DNA from: Alphaproteobacteria bacterium
GTDB lineage: Bacteria; Pseudomonadota; Alphaproteobacteria; Micavibrionales; Micavibrionaceae
Assembly: GCA_022763065.1 (NCBI GenBank)
Contig: JALEGH010000038.1
Coordinates: 5,476 to 69,475 of the forward strand
Direction of reading: 5' to 3'
Length of the DNA: 64,000 nt
Shown: positions 16,535 to 26,670 of the stretch, piece by piece
How positions within the stretch are numbered: the stretch's first letter is position 1
Layout: the number at the start of each line of letters is the position of its first letter
Position numbers and translations under genes: made by a program
Notes under the pieces: model-generated
Databases searched by the model: none
Told to the model about the DNA's origin: nothing
Seen by the model: the letters and a program-made list of their open reading frames with translations, nothing else

Positions 16535-18208
16535 TTAATCTTCCGTCATCCAGCTTCTAATCACCGAAACGGTTTCATCTGGATAATTATCAACAATATC
16601 TTCCACTTTCTTGACGCTGGAAGCTTTCACTTTACCTTGAACGCTTTGAACGTCAATCATTCCTTCATTGATTGTCTCATCGTCAAGTTGGGTCGGTTCA
16701 AATTCTCCATTTTCATTTACGGTACCTCCTGTCTCACCCGCAGGACCTTCTAAAGCAGGTTTCAACCCGCCATCTGTTAGGAGCTCGGTCTCCAGATCCC
16801 GCTCTTCATCTTTTTCACCATCAGGGTTGAGAAGACGTCCAATCATGGGTTGGATGACCAACAAGACGACCAGAATAATCATAATGGCTACGGTAATAAT
16901 TTCTGCCGTATCAAGCAGTTTGTTTTTATCAAATCCGAAGAGCGTATTGTCAAACGGTGTGTCGGAGACCTCAATTTCTGCGAACTGCATATTGACCACT
17001 TCAAGCGTATCACCGCGGTTGGCGTCATATCCAATGGCCGAGCGTACAAGGGCGGCAATCTGATCCAGCTCCGCATCACTTCGCGGCTGATAATTCTGAT
17101 TGCCTTCTTCATCTGCTGCGTAAGTGCCATCGACTAAAACAGCGACGGATAAACGCCGAACCTCCCCCACTTCACGAATGAGGCTGCGTGTTGTTTTACT
17201 GATCTCAAAATTTGTTGTTTCTTCCAAACGGCTAGATTCAAGGCTTGGAGCGGCATCGAAGAATAAATCATTCCCAACGGCGGGTAGATTATTTTCAACC
17301 GAAACATTTTCCTCATTGGCATCGCGCTCAATATTGCTTTCCTCAATGGTCTGAAGGGAGCGCGCAATCTGGCTTTCCGGATCAAACAATTCTTCATTGG
17401 TGCTCACGCGGTCGAAATTTAAGTCCGCTGTGACATTGGCACGCACCTTGCCGTAGCCGACAATCCGGCCTACCAGATCTTCGACGGCGCGGGTAAGGCG
17501 CTGCTCATATTTTAGGCGCATCTCATCAGCCTTGAGACTGGCGAGGCTTTCTTGCTCTTCACCACCACGGGCGAGCAGATTACCCGCCTGATCAATAAGG
17601 GAGACATTTTCAGGTTTAAGTTGTGGTACGGCAGAAGCAATCAAGGATTGGACCGCCATGACCTGATCGTTGTTGAGCTGTGACCCCGGACGCAGTCCAA
17701 TAGCAACGCTGGCGCTGGCAGGCTGGCTTTCACGGCTGAAAAGTTCCCGTCTGGGGAGAACCAAATGCACACGGGCACTGCGTACCGGGTCCAAAGAACT
17801 AATTGTGCGTGAAAGCTCTCCTTCCAGGGCGCGTACCTTGTTGAGATTAACAACCTCATTCGTGGTGCCAAAGCCTGATTGATTGTCAAAGAGTTCATAG
17901 CCCATGGAGCCACCGTTTGGAAGTCCCGCTTCGGCCAACAGCATACGTGCCCGTCCAACGTCATTATCTGGAACCGTCACGCGAGAGCCGTCTTCTGACA
18001 CCTGATAAGGAATTTGCACTTCTTCAAGTTTAGCGGCAATCGCGCTGGAATCCGTGGAGGCCAGATCATTATAAAGCAGGCTGTAATCCGGGGAGGAGGC
18101 CCGCATTGAAATAAAAATGAAAAAAGTCAGCAGGAGGAGTAAAATTCCACCCATAATGCCCAAACGCGTTGGACCTAGCTGTTTGATTGTGTCAAAAAAA
18201 CTATTCAT
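16535..18208 (-). CDS. fliF: flagellar MS-ring protein FliF
   Basis: 557 aa with an N-terminal TM segment, a YscJ/FliF-type periplasmic domain, a second TM segment, and an acidic C-terminus. Confidence 0.95.
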   Translation of the reverse strand: MNSFFDTIKQLGPTRLGIMGGILLLLLTFFIFISMRASSPDYSLLYNDLASTDSSAIAAKLEEVQIPYQVSEDGSRVTVPDNDVGRARMLLAEAGLPNGGSMGYELFDNQSGFGTTNEVVNLNKVRALEGELSRTISSLDPVRSARVHLVLPRRELFSRESQPASASVAIGLRPGSQLNNDQVMAVQSLIASAVPQLKPENVSLIDQAGNLLARGGEEQESLASLKADEMRLKYEQRLTRAVEDLVGRIVGYGKVRANVTADLNFDRVSTNEELFDPESQIARSLQTIEESNIERDANEENVSVENNLPAVGNDLFFDAAPSLESSRLEETTNFEISKTTRSLIREVGEVRRLSVAVLVDGTYAADEEGNQNYQPRSDAELDQIAALVRSAIGYDANRGDTLEVVNMQFAEIEVSDTPFDNTLFGFDKNKLLDTAEIITVAIMIILVVLLVIQPMIGRLLNPDGEKDEERDLETELLTDGGLKPALEGPAGETGGTVNENGEFEPTQLDDETINEGMIDVQSVQGKVKASSVKKVEDIVDNYPDETVSVIRSWMTED

Positions 18209-18316
18209 TTATCACACTACACCCCATTTTATGCGCGTTTATAGCGATCTATGCAAAAAGTGAACCAAGTGCCGTTATTTTCTTTCATTACGGAGCCAAA
18301 AGAAAAGGCAAATTGG

Positions 18317-18332
18317 GTTAAAGGACGGTTAA
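18317..18332 (-). promoter_or_regulatory. CtrA-box consensus (TTAA-N7-TTAAC) upstream of fliF
   Basis: The minus strand reads TTAAccgtcctTTAAC, ending 108 nt upstream of the fliF ATG. Confidence 0.4.
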
Positions 18333-18583
18333 GCTAGGCGCAAATCGACTAACTTATTCATATTATACCCTTTTTTTTACAAAAATCCTATGGGGACAGG
18401 GGTGTTTTTTTCAAAAAAACGAAAGGGATACAAAACCCCTTGAATTCGTTAAAAAACTGTTAAGAATCAATATGATAAATATAAGCTCAACTATCGAAAA
18501 AACTTGACTGTGGTAACAAAATTTGGTACCATGACAATAGGGTGTAGTGCAAGTAGAGCACAGTAGTAACTAGGGAGAGTAAT

Positions 18584-18973
18584 ATGATTGAAGCAGTCAA
18601 TTCAGTTATAGCAAATTCTTCGGTGGCGCGTGCGCCGGCAGAACAGCAAAGCACAGCCAGGTCGTTAAGTGCCAATCCAGATAAAGTTCAGGAGGTGGCT
18701 GAGGCACCTTATGTGAGTCCTTACATCTCAATTGATCGTAGTTCGAGCAGGGCGATTTTGCAAATCAGGGATTCGGACACAGGAGATGTGCTTCGACAGT
18801 TTCCAACGGAAGGTCAGCTTAAGGCTTACAGAACGGCGCAGGAGGCAACGCGGCGTGAAGAACGTGCGGAAGCTCTCGCAGGGCAGACCGCTCAGCAACC
18901 TTCTCCTGTTTCAGATGCGGGAAGTGACTTTGCTCCAGCGCAAGAGGTTCCATCTATTGAGACAGAGGCATAA
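18584..18973 (+). CDS. flaG: FlaG-family flagellar protein
   Basis: ...ISIDRSSSRAILQIRDSDTGDVLRQFPTEGQLKAY resembles the FlaG signature (d..tgevirqiP.ee.l). Confidence 0.6.
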   Translation: MIEAVNSVIANSSVARAPAEQQSTARSLSANPDKVQEVAEAPYVSPYISIDRSSSRAILQIRDSDTGDVLRQFPTEGQLKAYRTAQEATRREERAEALAGQTAQQPSPVSDAGSDFAPAQEVPSIETEA

Positions 18974-19000
18974 CTAGGTCACATAGATAGAAGGCATAGT

Positions 19001-19027
19001 AAGGGCGTCTAGGGCGCCCTTTTTTTG
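19001..19027 (+). terminator. Rho-independent terminator after flaG
   Basis: AAGGGCG...CGCCCTT stem followed by a T run. Confidence 0.6.
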
Positions 19028-19108
19028 ATCTGCTATTTTTTCACCACGAAGTGACACAAAGTTTAAACAAAGTTTTTTAATATTCTTTCTTTTAAAGCTT
19101 TCCTTCCT

Positions 19109-19178
19109 GTCATTCCGACCGAACGTAAGAGAGTGGAGGAATCTTAAAAGATCCCGCAGACTCCGCTCGGGATGAAGG
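19109..19178. repeat. REP-like palindromic element
   Basis: gtcattccgacc...ggaggaatc, then ATCCCGcagactccgctCGGGATGAAGG. It is related to the GGATCCCCGCtttcGCGGGGATGACGG element at 31095-31121. Confidence 0.35.
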
Positions 19179-19193
19179 AGGGGAGAAGACCCT

Positions 19194-19622
19194 TTATTTC
19201 TCTACCGGTTTTTCGCTGGCCATGAGACCGGCGGCGATTTCACGGTTGATGTTAATCAGGATATCCAGTTTATCTTTCGATGGGTTAGATATAATTTCAA
19301 GTTCGCGTTTGAAAATAAAATTGGCCAAATTGACAATATTGGATCGTAAATCATTGGGGCGGTTTTCTTCAGGATTTTCAATCGCGGTGTCATAAAAAAT
19401 CATCCAGACTTGGCGGTTATATTTGAGTGTTTCTTCTAGCATTTCCGGGGTGACATCATCCCAATTATTTTGAATATCTTGCAGGAACTTGGCCGATTTA
19501 ATAAGAACATGTGCTTCCAGTTCTCTCTGATCGGGCGTATTTTTTTGAACATTACTGCTATAAGCACCTGCCGCAGCAGCATGCTTGTTTGGTACGTTGG
19601 GATCTTTATTCGGCGGTTGCAT
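19194..19622 (-). CDS. flaF: flagellin synthesis regulator FlaF
   Basis: QRELEAHVLIKSAKFLQ...LKYNRQVWMIFYD fits the FlaF family pattern. It is paired with flbT. Confidence 0.75.
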   Translation of the reverse strand: MQPPNKDPNVPNKHAAAAGAYSSNVQKNTPDQRELEAHVLIKSAKFLQDIQNNWDDVTPEMLEETLKYNRQVWMIFYDTAIENPEENRPNDLRSNIVNLANFIFKRELEIISNPSKDKLDILININREIAAGLMASEKPVEK

Positions 19623-19998
19623 GTGTAATAAGCTCCTCTTCCAGCTTGATAAGCTCTTTGGCTTCCTTCATGGCCTTATAGTAATGGCCTTCAATAATTT
19701 TTTCGTTGATGCTTAAGAAAAAGAAAGACAGGCGTGGAACGGCATGCTGGATTTCTTTGATCGTTTCAAAATATTTTTCGTGATACATTCGGGGATTGCG
19801 GGCCATATACATACATTGAATGAAAAAATAAGCTGTTTTACACGGGGTATTGGCTTCTTCTTCTTTCATCACGTCTTTTTCGCGCAAGATGGGTGTGTTG
19901 CCGGATATGTGAAGACGCGTGCGCTGGGTATCGTTTGTGATAACGGCATCACCAATTAAAATTTTTTCATTGGGTTTGAGATCAATTACAAGAGCCAT
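19606..19998 (-). CDS. flbT: flagellin translational repressor FlbT
   Basis: MALVIDLKPNEKILIGDAVITNDTQRTRLHISGNTPILREKDVM fits the FlbT N-terminus. The ATG at 19998 is preceded by AAGGAAGAAG. The ORF track extends to 20058. Confidence 0.8.
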   Translation of the reverse strand: MALVIDLKPNEKILIGDAVITNDTQRTRLHISGNTPILREKDVMKEEEANTPCKTAYFFIQCMYMARNPRMYHEKYFETIKEIQHAVPRLSFFFLSINEKIIEGHYYKAMKEAKELIKLEEELITHATAE

Positions 19999-20121
19999 GG
20001 ACTTCTTCCTTTGCTTCGTTTGGTAGACAAGAGTAACTTTCTTTACTTCTTCTACCACTATAGCATGAAATGGCTTAGCAATCAGTTAAAATTGATTTTT
20101 TTCAAGTAGATATAATCAAAA

Positions 20122-20155
20122 GAAAAACCGGCGAATTTTCTCCGCCGGTTTTATT
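20122..20155 (-). terminator. bidirectional Rho-independent terminator downstream of flagellin
   Basis: ACCGGCG-loop-CGCCGGT, flanked by an A run and a T run. Confidence 0.6.
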
Positions 20156-20220
20156 TTATTGGGCCTGCTGCCCCTTAGATTGTTTATCCTAACCGTGAGG
20201 TCTCTAAAGCCCGCCAGTGA

Positions 20221-21870
20221 TTAGAACAATCTTAGGACTGCTTGTTGTGACTGTGCAGCCAAGGATAGGGAAGTTGTTCCCAAAGCTTGACGTGTTTGCA
20301 GAGCCAGGAGGTTCGCACCTTCTTCGTTCTGATCTGCGACAACAAGGTCATCAGCACCTGATTGCAACGTGTTGATCGTTTGCTCCGTGAAGTCACGACG
20401 GAACTGAACAATCGATAAGTCATTGGCAATAGACTGACCAAAGTTTCTGACGTCGGAAACCGCACTACGGATTGAGTCCAAGGACTGCTGAACGTTCGCA
20501 GCATTGGTGAAGTCACCAATCTCAATTCCTAATCCAAGAGCCGTAAAGTCTACACCTTCTGTTGTAAGGGTGTTGTCACGATCTTCATTGAAAAAGGTTG
20601 TGAGGTTGTCGTCCGATAGAAGGTTAATACCACGATAATTGGCATCTTCAACCAACTGGTCAATTTGCTCACGTAGATTGTTGAAGTCTTCTTCAAACTG
20701 GTCAACATCCGGGTTAACACCATCAAATGTAACCAATTCACTGATAGAGTTACCAGCACCGACAGCGGTACCTGTAGGCTCTCCTGATCCAAATCCGAAA
20801 TCAGCCTGAGAAGCCGCGTTGTTACTGTCATACTGAAGCTCAACCTGACCAACGGTCTCATCAAATTCAATTTCGATTTGACCTGTGTCAACATTGAAGC
20901 TTGCGCTAACAGTTGATGGACCATTGTTATTGATGGCATCAATAACATCCTGAATGGTGTCTGCTCCTGTAATCGGTGTACCATTTGTGATGTCCGAAGG
21001 TGTACCATCAAGGGTAAACTGGATATCAAAGCTGTCACCAACGGCGTTCAGGTACCCTGCGGTAACAAGGTCTGCACTTGCTTCATAAACACCACCGACT
21101 GTACCAGCGGCAGAAGTCGCAGAAAACAAGGTGTTTCCTGCAATGGCTGTACCACCTTGTTGTGTACCACCGGCACCGTCATCTTCAACACCAACGACTG
21201 TATCCAGACCCAGCGCGGCAAAACCGGCTGCGGATACAGAGTTCGCACCACCTTCGATACGAATGGCGGCATTCTCAACGTCCGAGGCAATCTCAAGGTA
21301 ACCGGCCTCTGTAACACGGGCCGTACCAACTGCTGCAAAGTTTGCGTCAGAATTCAGGTCAGACACGATGTCATAGACAGTTTCACCTGCGTCAATGTCA
21401 ATACTGACCGTTGTTGTTGTCCCATCAGATTCGATGACGGAAACATCAAATTGATCATCAACACCGTCGTTGATGATACCACCACCACCGATATTGATAA
21501 GATCAATAACTTCCGAGATATCTTCATTACCGCGAGCACGGGTGAAGCCCTCAGAGGCACGAATTTCTGACTGTGCTTCCAAAGCAACGGATTCAGCTTG
21601 ATCAAGAAGTTGTGACAAAGTCTCAACACCTGTGTTGGCTTGCTCAATCGTTCTAATGGATTGTGAAATTCCATCCAGAAGACGTGTAAGGTCGCTAGCA
21701 CGGTTGTTCAGCGCTTTGGCTGTAAAAAAGTTTTGTGGATTATCAAGTGCAGAATTCACTTTCAAACCAGTCGCCAACCGCAACTGGGTTGTATCAATGT
21801 TTCTTTGTGTATTCTGAAGTGATAAGAGGTTATTCCGCAATGCGGCTGATAATACGATATCTCCTGACAT
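20221..21870 (-). CDS. flagellin (rhizobial-type N-terminus)
   Basis: The N-terminal ...TQLRLATGLKVNSALDNPQNFF and the C-terminal ...ANLLALQTRQALGTTSLSLAAQSQQAVLRLF are flagellin D0/D1 signatures. It has a long Gly/Asp/Thr-rich variable middle, its own promoter and terminator, and lies next to flbT/flaF. Confidence 0.8.
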   Translation of the reverse strand: MSGDIVLSAALRNNLLSLQNTQRNIDTTQLRLATGLKVNSALDNPQNFFTAKALNNRASDLTRLLDGISQSIRTIEQANTGVETLSQLLDQAESVALEAQSEIRASEGFTRARGNEDISEVIDLINIGGGGIINDGVDDQFDVSVIESDGTTTTVSIDIDAGETVYDIVSDLNSDANFAAVGTARVTEAGYLEIASDVENAAIRIEGGANSVSAAGFAALGLDTVVGVEDDGAGGTQQGGTAIAGNTLFSATSAAGTVGGVYEASADLVTAGYLNAVGDSFDIQFTLDGTPSDITNGTPITGADTIQDVIDAINNNGPSTVSASFNVDTGQIEIEFDETVGQVELQYDSNNAASQADFGFGSGEPTGTAVGAGNSISELVTFDGVNPDVDQFEEDFNNLREQIDQLVEDANYRGINLLSDDNLTTFFNEDRDNTLTTEGVDFTALGLGIEIGDFTNAANVQQSLDSIRSAVSDVRNFGQSIANDLSIVQFRRDFTEQTINTLQSGADDLVVADQNEEGANLLALQTRQALGTTSLSLAAQSQQAVLRLF

Positions 21871-21898
21871 CTTTTTTCTCCTTTACTAGGTTATATGT

Positions 21899-21914
21899 TT
21901 GCATACTGCAATCC
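21899..21914 (-). promoter_or_regulatory. weak sigma-54-type promoter candidate for flagellin
   Basis: The minus strand reads cGGattgcagtaTGCAaa, with GG-N10-GC spacing and a TGCA at -12, about 35 nt upstream of the ATG. The -24 hexamer is poor. Confidence 0.3.
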
Positions 21915-22175
21915 GCTCGCTACTCGAGTGAATAATATAATATTATAACAGATTTACTAACGAAGTGTTAATTTTGGGTATTTTTATGTAAGAACTTACA
22001 CAGCAAAGACACTATTCAAGTTCCTAGTTTATATACTAAAACCACTATCTTTGCAAAAGATAGATGGGTTTTTATTCCATAATTTTGAAATTCGGATAAA
22101 AAATACCCCGGAATGACTATTTAAAGCCAAACCGGGATATTAAATATTGCCAAGAACGTCTAGCTTAGCGATTTT

Positions 22176-23942
22176 CTATCGCAGTCTCAGCAAATCTTCT
22201 GTCATCTGGTCAACGGTATTGATGACCTTCGTATTCGCGGAATAAGCGCGTTGTGTGACGATTAATTTTGTAAATTCGTCCGCAATATCCACATTTGATT
22301 GCTCAATGGAGGCGCTTTCCAGCCATCCGGCCTGTGACACACCTGCTTCCTGTAGAAGTGGCGTACCGGATTCTGCGCTTTCAACATAAGATGTCGTTGA
22401 AATTTCTTGCAGATTTGTCGGGCTCGGGAAGGTTGTAATAGGCAATTTGTAAAGCCTTGAAAGCGTTCCGTTTGTGAAACGGGCGCTCACATAACCTTCA
22501 CGGTCAATCTCAACACCTGTTTTCAAACCAAGCTCAGCACCGTTCTGACTGGCCACACTCACATTATAAAGTCCTGCAAACTGGCTGAGGCCATCAATGT
22601 TGATGTCAATATCTTGCAACTCAGAGCCGTTACCCCAATCAAGGTCACGTAATTCAATGTCTACGTTACCGTCAAGATCGGCAAGAGCGTTCAATGATCC
22701 ATCTGCGTTAAAGTTCAGTAGACCTTGGTTGATTGGTATAGGTCCATTCGGTCCAATAATATTGACCTGCCACCAGCCGCGTGCGTTATATGAACCGGCA
22801 GTTGGTGTCACATATGGATCTACTGAAAACTGCGGGAAAACAGAATCCGTAAATGGTGGAACAATTTGGTTGTCTGTTGGCGCAACACCTGTTGTGGCAA
22901 GGTTCACCGGTGTTGCCTGACCAAAGTCAGCCAATAGACCGCCAGTATCCGTGATATCCAATGTATGTGTGGGGTCAACGGCGCTAATTACTAATTGGCC
23001 ATCATCATTGAGGTAAGCTTCTGCTAGCCCGCCACCACCAATGGCGTTAATTTCTGCGATAAGGTCATAAACGGTTGTGACATTGTCAACAGAACCGGCA
23101 GCCGGAACCACGACCGGGCCACCACCGTTGATCTCAACACTAAATTCATTCCCGGCAGTTGCCGTAATGGGGGCGTCACTCAAGAAATCACCTGGCTCTA
23201 AATCGGCAACCGGCAAAATTGCAGCAGCCTGCGGACCTAGAACTTTGATGAATTCAAAGGTTAAATCCTGTGCAGAACCAAGAGAGTCATACACACGTAG
23301 TGTTCTGGTGTAGTCTGTCTGGCTTGGATAAGGCACAAGCTGATCAGCCGGGAGTACTGCGGTGTAATCCACGGCCTTCGAAATTTCATCCGCATCAAGG
23401 TTAATACCCAAGGTCCCTTCTGTTGTTTGACGAGATTGCCCGGCAGCTAAGCTAACGTCAATTGGTACGAGGGCGCTCACATCTGCGTTGTATGTTGTTT
23501 GGTCAGGACCAACATTTGGGTCTGAGTAGGCATCATCCACGGGCCAGCCATAAAGGTACATACCTGCAGAATTTTGCAAGATGCCTTCTTCATCTTCGTT
23601 GAATTGACCGTTACGTGTGTATTTGAAATCACCAACAAGGTCGAGGGAGTTTTCGGCACGCACAGTGAAGAAACCATCACCGGCAATAGAGACATCAGTC
23701 ATGGAGCCTGTTTGTGTGATTTGTCCTTGTTGGTCAATTTGTTGCAAGCGATTTACTGTCACCGCACCGGGTGAGTAACGTGCGGCTGCAGATTCCACTG
23801 TCACAAGGGCTGCGAACGTGGCTTCTGAGCGTTTGAAGCCTGTTGTGTTGACGTTGGCGATGTTGTTCGAAATGATCGCTGTGGCTTGTGACTGGGCGGT
23901 AAGGCCCGAAACACTTGTATATAAAGATCCGAATAAGCTCAT
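22176..23942 (-). CDS. flgE: flagellar hook protein FlgE
   Basis: N-terminal MSLFGSLYTSVSGLTAQS...NNIANVNTTGFKR and C-terminal ...LIVTQRAYSANTKVINTVDQM. Confidence 0.95.
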   Translation of the reverse strand: MSLFGSLYTSVSGLTAQSQATAIISNNIANVNTTGFKRSEATFAALVTVESAAARYSPGAVTVNRLQQIDQQGQITQTGSMTDVSIAGDGFFTVRAENSLDLVGDFKYTRNGQFNEDEEGILQNSAGMYLYGWPVDDAYSDPNVGPDQTTYNADVSALVPIDVSLAAGQSRQTTEGTLGINLDADEISKAVDYTAVLPADQLVPYPSQTDYTRTLRVYDSLGSAQDLTFEFIKVLGPQAAAILPVADLEPGDFLSDAPITATAGNEFSVEINGGGPVVVPAAGSVDNVTTVYDLIAEINAIGGGGLAEAYLNDDGQLVISAVDPTHTLDITDTGGLLADFGQATPVNLATTGVAPTDNQIVPPFTDSVFPQFSVDPYVTPTAGSYNARGWWQVNIIGPNGPIPINQGLLNFNADGSLNALADLDGNVDIELRDLDWGNGSELQDIDINIDGLSQFAGLYNVSVASQNGAELGLKTGVEIDREGYVSARFTNGTLSRLYKLPITTFPSPTNLQEISTTSYVESAESGTPLLQEAGVSQAGWLESASIEQSNVDIADEFTKLIVTQRAYSANTKVINTVDQMTEDLLRLR

Positions 23943-24051
23943 AATTACCTCCTATAAAATAATGTCGTAAAAGCTAAAATTTTTAAGTTTGTTGTCTTTG
24001 TTTGTCTTGTTGTTAAAAAGAACTTGTTTGTGGTGTCATGTTGTTCACCAT

Positions 24052-24756
24052 TTATGTTGTGGGGCCATCGACACCTCCATCATTTGTCTGTTCCGGTATA
24101 ACCGCATTTAAAATGGAACCGATCGGAACGGCGCGTTCACCCACAAGGGCGAAGACATTGCCGTCTTGTTGCTCAATACCGCGTACGCGCGCTGTGACAA
24201 CGGACGTTGTATTAACCGGGTTTTCTTCGATGTCTACGGCATCTATGCTAACGACATATGTGCCTGAGGGTAAATCGTTGCCCAATAGGTCTTTTCCGTT
24301 CCATTCGAATTCATGAGCGCCAACGGTCCCTTCAATATCGCCGGAAAAGACCAACTCATTACCTTCTGTAAAAATATTGATCTTGGAAACGGCCGCCGGT
24401 CTGTCTAATGAATATTTAATTGTGGTTCCTTGACCTTCTTCTAGGGCAATTTCTGCACTCACATAAGAAACATCAAGACCGACATAGCCTAAGGCAGAAG
24501 TTGCCGCGTTATTTAATTGTAGTGCGACCAAATCATCCAATTTTGTATTGGTGTTAATGGCCTGTTCAACTTGTGAGAATTGAACTAGTTGTTCTGTGAA
24601 TTGGTTTGAATCCAGTGGACTTAAAGGGTCCTGGTTTTGTAACTGAGTGGTCAGCAGGTTTAGGAACTGTGAAAAATCCTCAGCCAGTGTGACAGACTGC
24701 TGCTGTGTTTGCTGTGCTTGAGCGGCTTGTCCTGAAAATGTTACATCTGATACCAT
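24052..24756 (-). CDS. flgD: hook capping/assembly protein FlgD
   Basis: The motif FLNLLTTQLQNQDPLSPLD. Confidence 0.9.
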   Translation of the reverse strand: MVSDVTFSGQAAQAQQTQQQSVTLAEDFSQFLNLLTTQLQNQDPLSPLDSNQFTEQLVQFSQVEQAINTNTKLDDLVALQLNNAATSALGYVGLDVSYVSAEIALEEGQGTTIKYSLDRPAAVSKINIFTEGNELVFSGDIEGTVGAHEFEWNGKDLLGNDLPSGTYVVSIDAVDIEENPVNTTSVVTARVRGIEQQDGNVFALVGERAVPIGSILNAVIPEQTNDGGVDGPTT

Positions 24757-24789
24757 TTTTCTTTTCCTTTTATCCAGTTTTTACCTTTG

Positions 24790-26625
24790 TTATGCCAATA
24801 TGCTGTAGCGGACATGTCCTGTTGCAGGGTCAACATTCCATGTCATTGTTGATTCAATAATCGTGCCAGTTTCATCTTCTGGCTCTCCGGTGTCTGATTT
24901 TGAGGCATGATTTTCGCCACTATGACTGTCTTTTCCGGCGAAGAAATCTTTTCCTTCTTGCGCCATGTCAAAGGTTAGGGAGCTGTGATCCGTATCAAAA
25001 CCGGAGTCCTGTAAGGTACGTTCCAGCGAAGAAGCATCGCGTTGTAGCAATAAATATGTTTCCGGTTTTTCGGCAACAATATGTGCTTTAATCATTTTGT
25101 CATGACCAAATTCAATCTTAATCTCGACCCGTCCTAATTCCGGTGGGTCAAGTTGTAAGATCATTTGTTGATCGCCGCCTTGTTTGACGGCTTTTGATAA
25201 TTTGGCAGACACCATCTGTGTTGCCGGATGTGTATGGCCGGCGTGATGGGTTGAGAGCGTTGTTAGATGCGCGGCTTGTCCGGTTTGCGAAAAAGGAAGC
25301 CCTGTTTCAATGTCGAAGTTAAATCCGGAGAAATCCAGGCTGTCGAAATTAAATGCTGCAAGGGCGTCTATATCGTTTGAGGATAGAGCGCCTGTTTGAG
25401 CCGGAATATTTGCCAGAGGGGTTGCATGTGCTGCCGCTGCTTGTGTGTTATTCTTCAAGGTGCTTAGAGCGTGCCCAGTTTTTTGAGCTATGTTTTGGGA
25501 AGGCCCCTGATTTATTTGAACGCCATCACGCCCTACAATGTTTGCGTGGTGAAGCATATGTGTCAGTGTTGCGTGTAATGACTCCTCTTCGCTAAAGCGG
25601 GGAGGAGTAGAAAGGTTTTGCGCAGGTGTAAGCTCTGCTTTTTCCAAAGGTAAATCAGTAGAGCTGTCTTTGGGGCTGTTATGGTGGTGTGCTCTTGAAA
25701 CCAAATTCGAAATTTCAAGGAAATCAGAATCCGAAGAGTTGACAGCATCGTTTGTGCCCGCATTCGTATCCGTATCCAGCGTTTCTTTTGTCAGGTTTTG
25801 GATCGCTTCTTTTTGCTGCTCCGGCTTTAAAACAATTTCGCTGATCAAAGCGTAAGCTTCAACCGCACCAAATTCTTCTGCGTTGTCCGGGTCATTTTTT
25901 TGGAAAGGGATAATATTTCCAACACCCGCGATGATATCTTCCAGCGTCAACTCTCTACCCAGTTTGGTCTCAACCTCTTCAATGCGGCTTGTGATATCGG
26001 TGAGTTGAGAGGGGTTCAATCCGGTCGCAATAAGGACCTGAAAGGGTGAGTCAGGGCTGTCAATATCGCCTGAGCGCAAGGAGTCCAATTTGGCTTCCAA
26101 TTTTTCCAGCCGCTTTTGCAAATTATCAATCAGATGTTTGACGGATTGTTCGGAATGACGCCCCTCTGGCAGGCCGGAGGTTAAAAACTGAATAAATTTC
26201 TCCAGGCTTTCGGCGCGGTTGTTCAAACGTTTTGTGACATTTTCAATGGCCAGATTAGAAATTTTATCTTCTAATGATTGGTTAGGATCTTGCCCCATAA
26301 GGGCCAGTTTCAAAAGCTCCAGATCCAGCTTTTCCGATGTAATCTTGTCATTGGCAGCAGCTTCATCAGAGAAGAGTGCCGTTTCGGGCAGGATTGCCTC
26401 CTTTTTACCAGCCAAATTTTCGTTTGATTCCTTGCTTATATCTTCCGATACAAGCTTGTTGATAATGTTATCAATGAAACGCTGCGTCTGTCTGGACGCC
26501 GGGTCAAGAGTTTTCACTTCTTCCCCTTCTGCGATTCCCGCTTTTGCGAACAGCGCGTTATGGGAGGCGTTTACCTTATTGTCTGTATGTATAAGCTGTG
26601 TTGCGAATAGGGTTAAATCAACCAT
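24790..26625 (-). CDS. fliK: hook-length control protein FliK
   Basis: C-terminal Flg_hook-type domain (MILQLDPPELGRVEIKIEF...AHIVAEKPETYLLLQRD) and position upstream of flgD. Confidence 0.8.
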   Translation of the reverse strand: MVDLTLFATQLIHTDNKVNASHNALFAKAGIAEGEEVKTLDPASRQTQRFIDNIINKLVSEDISKESNENLAGKKEAILPETALFSDEAAANDKITSEKLDLELLKLALMGQDPNQSLEDKISNLAIENVTKRLNNRAESLEKFIQFLTSGLPEGRHSEQSVKHLIDNLQKRLEKLEAKLDSLRSGDIDSPDSPFQVLIATGLNPSQLTDITSRIEEVETKLGRELTLEDIIAGVGNIIPFQKNDPDNAEEFGAVEAYALISEIVLKPEQQKEAIQNLTKETLDTDTNAGTNDAVNSSDSDFLEISNLVSRAHHHNSPKDSSTDLPLEKAELTPAQNLSTPPRFSEEESLHATLTHMLHHANIVGRDGVQINQGPSQNIAQKTGHALSTLKNNTQAAAAHATPLANIPAQTGALSSNDIDALAAFNFDSLDFSGFNFDIETGLPFSQTGQAAHLTTLSTHHAGHTHPATQMVSAKLSKAVKQGGDQQMILQLDPPELGRVEIKIEFGHDKMIKAHIVAEKPETYLLLQRDASSLERTLQDSGFDTDHSSLTFDMAQEGKDFFAGKDSHSGENHASKSDTGEPEDETGTIIESTMTWNVDPATGHVRYSILA

Positions 26626-26670
26626 GTTATTTCCTTAGTCTTTTTTGATTTTTGTTTTTATTGTTCCTTG

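Noticed and set aside
20232-21701. Several long alternative-frame ORFs on the minus strand inside the flagellin gene (97-163 aa), and similar ones inside flgE, fliK and fliF
   Set aside because: They arise because the Gly/Asp/Thr/Val-rich codon usage of the real frame depletes stop codons in the other frames. They have no starts with RBS and no motifs.
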